A stretch of DNA of 64,000 bases from the NCBI RefSeq assembly GCF_009914755.1, contig NC_060928.1. The stretch is one strand, 5' to 3'. How positions within the stretch are numbered: position 1 is the stretch's first letter; every line of letters starts with the position of its first letter. The DNA is from the human T2T-CHM13v2.0 reference genome, Homo sapiens. Shown piece by piece: positions 55,445 to 64,000 of this stretch. Position numbers and translations under genes: made by a program. The notes beneath the pieces were generated by a model. That model saw only the letters and a program-made list of their open reading frames with translations. It did no database searches and was not told where the DNA came from.

Positions 55445-55752
55445 TGCTGGGTGTGGTGATTCATGCCTGTAATCCCGGCATTTTGGAAGGCTGAGGCAGG
55501 AGAATCATTTGAGACAAGAAGTTTGAGATCAGCCTGGGCAACAAAGTGAAACCCCATGTCTACAAAAAGTTTAAAAATTAGCCAAGGGTGATAGTGCAAG
55601 CCTGTAGTCCTGGCTACTTAGGAGCCTGAGGTAGGAGGATTGCTTGAACTCAGGATTTCGAGGTTACAGTGAGCCATGACTGTACCACTGCACTCCAGTC
55701 TGGGCAATAGAGCAAGACTCTGGCTCTATAAAAATAAATTTAAAAATAAAGT
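55445..55752 (+). mobile_element. AluJ inside Tigger1
   Basis: Diverged dimer, ggaggattgcttgaac; Tigger1 resumes at tgtgactcttcctttca. Confidence 0.9.
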
Positions 55753-56699
55753 AAAAGGCATGTGACTCTTCCTTTCAGCTGAACACTTAGAGGCCATTGC
55801 TATTAATTGGTCTAACTTTAATACTGTTGTGTCTCAGAGAACAGGGAGGCCCAAGGAGAGCGAGAGAAGCAGGGAAAAGGCTGGTTGGTAGAGCAGTCAG
55901 AACACACACATTTATTGATTAAGTTCACTATCTTATAAGGGCACAGTTCATGGCACCCCTAAACAATTCCAGTAGTAACATTAGAGATCACTGATCACAG
56001 ATCACCATAACAGATGTAATAATAATTTAGAAATATTGCAAGAATTACACAGAGGCATGGAGTGAGCACATGCTGTTGGAAAACTAGTGCCAATAGACTT
56101 GCTTGACACAGGGTTGCCACAAACCTTCAGTTTGTAAAAAACGCAATATCTATGAAGATCAATAAAGCAAAGATCACTAAAATGAGATATGTGTGTAGTC
56201 ATTTTAAATGTACTTACCATTTTTCCTCCTCTTATCTTTTTGGCTATGTTAATTTAAAAAAAACAAAATACATATAGATCTGAAGTTCATTTGAAATCTC
56301 CTTGAAATAACTGCTTTAGTTTTTTATTAATTTGTTTCTTCATGGATATCTCTTCTTCTCTGGATAGTAAGTAGCTTTCCTGTAGTAACCATTAAAGTAT
56401 AAAAAAAATGAGTAGTAGGGACCAGGACCTGGGTCCAAATCTTAGATTGTAGATCTCACAATTTGTATTTTTATTTTGTTTCCTTTTCCCTTTTTGACAC
56501 AGAGCCACCTGCTGGCAAGAGGAGGTTAACTTTGAATATATTGTAGCATGCAATTGGGTTCAGGTGCACAGGAAAAGTAGCATTGATGAGGCTGCACCTC
56601 AAAATGGCTTATAGATTTTGACTGTTAATGATACTAAAAATGTTAAAATGTACCATGTAGTTGGAGAAGGATTTTTTTTAAGCTGAGCTTTCTCAAAGA

Positions 56700-58020
56700 T
56701 CAAATTAAAATGTTGATGAGAAAACCTCATTAAAAGCAAAGAAGTTGAAGAGACAGTGGAGAGGAGGGAGAATCCATTATCTAAGGTTCTTTAAAGGCAA
56801 GAATAGGAGAATTCCTGGGCAAAGGTGGAAAACAGGTGAAGACAAGAGAAGGGGATTCTCCACCGATGCACCAGACAAGAATGGGAAGAGATAAGCGGAA
56901 GATGGTGAGGTAGTGGGAAGTTGATTTTGATTTTATCTGGGCTAAAAGGGAAAATGGGATAAGAGTCTAAGGCATAAAGTAGAGCACAGAAAATGTAAAA
57001 CAGTCCAGCAAGTAAGAAAGCAACTTGCTTAGGGAAACACACTAGGATTTTAGGGCCATGTTGAAAGTCCAGTTGAAGTTGACGATAGCAAATTTCCAGT
57101 ATTATTGAATGGATATGCCCTACTTTGTGATTTTTCTCCAAAATTGGTCTGTTATCCAGGTTAAGATATACAAAAATGAAAGAGTGGAGGTCACACTGCA
57201 TTAGTTTTTGCTAAACAGGAGAGATAAGACAGTTTATGGCACTGACAAAATTGTTCTTAGAATTATGGGCCATGAACTATAAACTGAATAGGAAGATAAT
57301 TAAACATAGGGAGAGGATATAGAAATGGGGACTGGACCTTCACTGAAGGATCATCAAGGTAGGAGTAGTTAAAGAATCAATCCAGAAAAATGAGACATTA
57401 TGGTAAGAGTGCTCAATGTCTAAGCCATTTATTTGGAATATTGATAATTTTGTTCTTTTTCATTAAAAGATCCAGAATTTCATTAAAAGATCCAGACCAG
57501 GGGAAGAGATAACTGAGTGTAGAAAAGGCCGTAAAAGATGAGTTTGGTAAGAAAATGAGAAATCAGAGCATCGAAAAGATACTATGGGTATTGAAACCAC
57601 CCACAATGATGGCAGGAATTAGAGCAGGGGAAAGACTCTGAATCAAGTGCAAAGTTTTTGATGATCAAAGGAAAGTAATCAAATGATAGCAATGACAAAG
57701 AAAATTAGCAGGTTATAGAGGTAAAATGGTATAAGCCTTAAGAAATAGGATTCCTTTTCACAAGAGATTGGGTGGGTCATGTTCTGAAAGATGAAATGAG
57801 GAGCAGAAAGTTTTCTAATCTTGCATCTAGATAGCAAAGTCTCTGACGTTTGAAAGAATCACATCCACCACTCCACTGGGCTGCTGGAGAGCACCAGCCC
57901 TGCAGTAAGGCAAGTGAAGGGGCTCCTTGGAGACCGGAGTTTGTGCTGATGATGAAGGAGCAGTTCCAGGGCTCTACAGCTGGGGAGGTGGGAAGTGGAG
58001 ATAGAATGGAGGACAAATAA
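56700..58020 (-). mobile_element. Degenerate L2 internal fragments
   Basis: Purine-rich relic with ttgaaaccacccacaatgatggcagg and aaagtttttgatga motifs. Confidence 0.45.
57458..57496. repeat. 20-bp tandem duplication
   Basis: tttcattaaaagatccaga(a) x2. Confidence 0.85.
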
Positions 58021-58142
58021 TTTAGCTTCAATAATATACTTAGTTTATTAGTCTTAGTCGAATAGTCTTCCTCTTTCCTAAAGGATCTATTCAAATTGAA
58101 GAACTAAGTTGAGGTTACTTGTATTAAATACTCAGTTACTGA

Positions 58143-58812
<670 letters not shown>

Positions 58813-59822
58813 CTAAAAACTAGTTAGTTTGTACTAAAAAATGGGCATAATTATTATCTCAAAGATTAGTAATGATGCAATGGAATTTATATATGTGTAT
58901 ACATGTGTTGCATATATACATAATGTGTGTATGTATACACATACAATATCATTAAAAATAACTGTTTCAAAAATAAGTACATACAATAAAATATAAAATA
59001 AATAGAAAAATAAAATCAGGGCAAGACAAATAGGATAGTAAGACGAAGGCAAGTGTGAAGTGGATATACTGGAAATCATAAGTTCTTACACAAATGCTGG
59101 AATTAAACCACAAATTTTTTGATTGCCTGGAAGGAAATATGATGAATTTAATATTCAGTATCCATTGAAATTAAAATATTCTGGTTGCTTAGCAGAAGTA
59201 CAACTTTTCTTAGCACTGATAATAAAAATGTCTCTCATGGGCCCTCATTAAATGAGATTCTCGTGTAGTTAAGATGTTCAAAATATCCTGACAATAAAAT
59301 GCCATAACACAAAAACTTAACCTATATTTTGTGACCATTATATGAGAATTTATGAATACAAGTCACGTTTCTGTCACTAGATAAAAGCAATACCTTGTTT
59401 TTGAGGTTCAAGCCTTTAGACTGGCTCTTCCCAGTTGCAGGCAAGTGGATTTTAGTTTTTCAATCAAAATAATTATTTAGCTTTGAGAAAGAAAGAAAAA
59501 AAACAAATAAAATAATGGTGGGGGGGATGAGGGAGAGTGAAATCAATACAATAAGTTGAAAAGTTTCTTATAAAATTTGAATCTTTAAAAATGTGTTGCA
59601 ATTTAAAACTAGGAAGTGTCATCTCCAGATTGATCTATAGTTCCAACATTTTCAGTCAAAATCTCAACAGGCTGTTTTGGAGAAATGTACAAGGTGATTC
59701 TAAAATCTATATGAAAAAGCAAAATATCTAGAAAATCCAAGACAATTTTGAAAGTGAAGAAAGCGGTCAATTGATTTTTGATAAAGATGCCAAGGATTTC
59801 GATAGGAAAATAACTCTTTTCG

Positions 59823-60330
59823 GGTAGAATCAATATTGTAAGAGTGACCATACTGCCAAAAGCAATCTACAAATCTGATGCAATTCCCATCAAAAAAGCA
59901 CCATCATTCTTCACAGAAGTAGAAAAAAACAATTCTAAAATTCATATGGAACCAAAAAAGAGACCGCATAGCCAAAGCAAGACTAAGCAAAAAGAACAAG
60001 TCTGGAGGCATCACACTACCTGATTTCAAACTATTCGAAGTGAAGAAACTCAGGAATGGAAAACTAAACACCATATGTTCTTATTGATGTGTGGGAGCTA
60101 AGCTACGAGGATGCAAAGGTATAAGAATGATACAGTGGACTTTGGGGACTTGTGGGGAAGGATGGGAGTGGGGCAAGGGATAAGAGACTACAAATAGGGT
60201 GGAGTGTATACTGCTGGGGTGATGGGTGCACCAAAATCTCACAAATCACCACTAAAGAATTTACTCATGTAACCAAATACCGCCTGTACCCCAATAACCT
60301 ATGGAAAAATACAAACATAAAGTAAAAATA
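59823..60330 (+). mobile_element. L1PB-like element: ORF2 piece joined to 3'UTR, next to older L1M pieces (~59600-59820)
   Basis: aattcatatggaaccaaaaaagag...cctgatttcaaacta, then aactcaggaatggaaaac...caaatcaccactaaagaa. Confidence 0.88.
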
Positions 60331-61733
60331 AACTTTATTCTTAAACTTAGGTTTTTAAAAATTCCCTTAAGATGTCTAAATATCCAAATATTATCTATAT
60401 TTTAACTAAGATTTAGTCAGGAAAATATATTAAATGGTGATTGTATTTTGAAAAACAATTGATAAATAAAATAATCATTTTTCCAAAATAGTATTTGGAT
60501 TCATGCTTTGAACAAAGTTTTCTGTATTAAAATAGTAAAGATTTTGGACTTACAATAGTATTTAGCATCATTTAAAATCTACAATTTTTCATTTCTGATT
60601 TTGGTTTCAGTTGGAGAGAAGGAACTATAAAAACAGCTATTGAAGTTTAGTTTTTCCATATTACTTGGAAAACACGAGGCATATAATTAAAACTTTGGAT
60701 ATATTATAGTCTATTTTCAGAATCTTTCAGATATTTTTATTAGTTGCATAGCTCAATGATTTGTCATACTATATATATGTATATTTACATACATAAACAT
60801 AGAAACATGCACACTTATATATGTAATAGTGTTTCAACAAAATGGCATTCACATTTTTCTGTTTCACAATAACTTTCAAAGTAGCTGGATGACTGATGAA
60901 ATTTAGTTTACTCCTATAGAACATAAAAATATAAAGCTTAATTTGTGTTTCTCTGCCATGTGAAGTAAAATCACTCATAAAATTATTCAAGCCACAATGT
61001 TTTCTATGACAAAAGATGGAGCTGACATCTTGCTGTAATCTTACCTAGCATACCCAATATTACATGTAATATTTTGGAAGGAAGGCACAGAAATAAAGTT
61101 TCCTCATGTTTGAGGCATCATGTTCTTTGATGAAGAGCCTCTTGTTCCTCAAAGTTAAGCATTATTAGAAGATACTCTATCCTGGTTTGAACCCTTGCTC
61201 TTTGTTCTGCAGCTCTGGTAACTTGTCCCAGTCATCTAGCGTGGTATTGGCAAATGAACACAATTACTCATGGCTTTTGCAGAGAATTGTTCATGTCTAA
61301 TCAGTCATATTCTTGGAATCAGAGAAGATGCAGGTGTTTTCTGGGAATTATGCCTTTAAGTAGATTTATTTTTTTCAAGAAACTGAATTATATTTCTCTT
61401 TTGGAAGCTTGCTCACAAAATAAAAATCATGAGTCTTCTTTTTATTTTCAAAACAAAGGTTTACATTTCCATGAGTTAGTATTGATTTAAAACATTTTAT
61501 CTAAATGGAAGTAATAGAATATTTTTCTAACTCATATCTGTACATATCTCATCAAAGTCAACAGCTTGGTTTCTTCTTCAAAATTTAAACCTTTTGTAGA
61601 AAGCCTATTCCAAGAGAAAAAGCAGGAGAAATTTTGGAACAATATAACAAAATTACAAAAAGATAATACAGACTCCACTTGGTGAGTTCTAGGTAGAATA
61701 AAATGAACATGATATAAGAAAGTAGAAAGATTA

Positions 61734-62042
61734 GGCTGGGCGTGGCGGCTCACACCTGTAATCCCAGCACTTCCGGATGCTCAGGCGGGTGGATCACTTG
61801 AAGTCAGGACTTCGAGACCAGCCTGGCCAACACGGTGAAACCCCATCTCTACTAAAAACACAAAAATTAGCCGATCATGGTGGCACACACTTGTAATCCC
61901 CAGGTACTAGGGAGGCTGAGGCAGAGAATTGCTTGAACCTGGGAGGCAGAGGTTGCAGTGAACGCCAAGATCAAAATCGAGCCACTGCATTCCAACCTGG
62001 GTGACAAAGCGAGACTCTGTCTCAACAACAACAAAACAAGAA
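61734..62042 (+). mobile_element. AluS
   Basis: Full dimer, (CAA)n tail, TSD agaaa.tagaaaga. Confidence 0.92.
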
Positions 62043-62270
62043 AATAGAAAGAATTCACATTTGCTCCATTAAATTATGTTAAAGTGATTGGAATTTTTGT
62101 TTTCTTCTGTCCTATTTCTAGAAAAGGTCATTAATTGTTCGTCACATATTTAAACTTCAAAATACAGACAATCTGTATTACTAGAATTTTTTTTTAGTAA
62201 CGGGAAAACAAAAATACCTTAAAACTTAAAATCACAAAAAACATACATATTTGTGTATATATATATATAC

Positions 62271-62566
62271 TTTTTTTTTTTTGAGATGGAGTCTCGCTCT
62301 GTAGCCCAGACTGGAGCGCAGTGGCGCAATCTCGGCTCACCGCAAGCTCTCCCTCCCGGGTTCGTGCCGTTCTCCTACCTCAGCCTCCCGAGTAGCTGGG
62401 ACTCCAGGCTCCCGCCACCATGCCCGGCTAATTTTTTTTTTCTTTTTGTAGAGATGGGGTTTCACCGTGTGTTAGCCAGGATGGTCTCGATCTCCTGACC
62501 TCGTGATCTGCCCTCCTCGGCCTCCCAAAGTGCTTGGATTACAGGCATGAGCCACCACACCTGGTC
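62271..62566 (-). mobile_element. AluY with adjacent (TA)n
   Basis: cgcaagctc, ttagccaggatggtctcgatctcc. Confidence 0.93.
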
Positions 62567-62999
62567 ACAGAAAAGATATTTTTTAAGCAAAGACTTCTTG
62601 AAAATATATACTAAATTTAAACAAAAATACTAAAAGTTATTATTGAACTAACATTGTAACATGTATTATTTTGCAAGAAATTGCTGACTTTCAAAAAATT
62701 AATTTTTTTAGATTGTAAAGTTAGTACATGTGTATTGCAGAAAGTTTAGCAAGAAAGAAGATAAGAGATGGTCAAGTAGGGGTCAAGGGGAAAGGGAATG
62801 TCCTGCAAGTCTGGGGAAGCAATATCTTCAAGGCCTGGGCCATTAATAAGCATGAAGGTAATCCTTGGTGTGCATATTACTCAATCCCATATGATATCAA
62901 GATTGGTGACACTGGCTTCAGCTGACTTCCTTGACACCTTAAGTTTTCTTCATGTCTCTTTAGACATTCCCTCTCAGTTTGTTTTGCAGGTTCATCTTG

Positions 63000-63418
63000 T
63001 GTATTAGGCCATTCTTGCACTGCTGTAAAGAAATACCTGAGACTGGGTAATTTACAAGAAAAGAGGTTTAATTGGCTCATGGTTCTGCAGACTGTACAGG
63101 AAGCACAATGTTGGTGTCTGCTTCTGGGGAAGCCTCAGGATGCTTACAATCATGGCAGAAGGTGAAGGGGGAGCAGGTGTCTCACATGGTGGGAGCAGGA
63201 GCAAGAGACAGATAATGAGGTACCACATACTTTTAAGCAGTCAGATCTCTTGAGAAGGCATGCTCCATTGTGAGGACAGCACCAAGAGAATGGTGCTAAA
63301 GCATTCGTGAAAAATTCACCCCTATGATGCAATCATCTCCCACTAGGTCCCATCTCCAATACTGGAAATTACAATTCAACATGAGATTTGGATTGAGACA
63401 CAGATCCAAACAATATCA
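63000..63418 (-). mobile_element. MSTA-type MaLR solo LTR
   Basis: tgtattaggccattcttgcactgct...aagaaaagaggtttaattggctca...atccaaacaatatca; TSD tctt(g/a). Confidence 0.9.
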
Positions 63419-63503
63419 TCTTATTCAACTCATTCTTTTAATGTTGGTCTCCTTTGTGGTTATGTTTTAGGCCTTCTTTTCATTCTGCCCATCCTCCTGG
63501 ATG

Positions 63504-63826
<323 letters not shown>

Positions 63827-64000
63827 TAATTACAGTCTGTACGCTGATGACTTTCAGATCCTTTTCTGGAATATGAATTTCTCTCTAGTGCGCCGTATCC
63901 ACATATGCAAAATAAATATTGCCACCATCCACTAGTTGGCCTGGAAGGAATTTCAGCATCGTCTTTCACTCTTCTCTCTCTCTCTTTCCCCAGTAACTAC

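Larger units (their letters stand above)
46943..56195 (-). mobile_element. Near full-length Tigger1 DNA transposon, interrupted by an inverted duplication, HERV-H and an AluJ
   Basis: Degenerate ends (caaggcatcttggagatactg...; ...aatgagatatgtgtg|TA). Transposase-like peptides [33 protein letters not shown] and [33 protein letters not shown]. Confidence 0.93.

Overview
Human (primate) genomic DNA, repeat-rich, and consistent with chr4q22. The only host gene is the 5' end of HPGDS (hematopoietic prostaglandin D synthase) on the minus strand. Its first coding exon (142->1, MPNYKLTYFNMRGRAEIIRY..., missed by the ORF track) is joined by an ~8.2 kb intron to a short non-coding exon 1 (~8340->8301), with a TATA/GATA/ETS/M-box/octamer promoter. 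The remaining ~55 kb is upstream sequence. It holds more than 20 Alus, L1/L2/MIR/CR1 relics, MaLR and ERVL LTRs, an RPL35A processed pseudogene, and a two-LTR HERV-H provirus (6.3 kb, same orientation as HPGDS) nested in a Tigger1. The most notable observations are: (1) a TSD-flanked ~465 bp insertion that looks like a retrocopy of a three-exon spliced chimeric RNA (L1 5' leader + MLT1 exon + unique exon); (2) HERV-H with intact TATA box and splice donor, positioned to act as an alternative HPGDS promoter; (3) an expanded leader minisatellite of alternating GATA and GGAA motifs; (4) a local inverted duplication inside Tigger1. All repeat-family calls come from recalled consensus sequences, and boundaries of old repeats are approximate.
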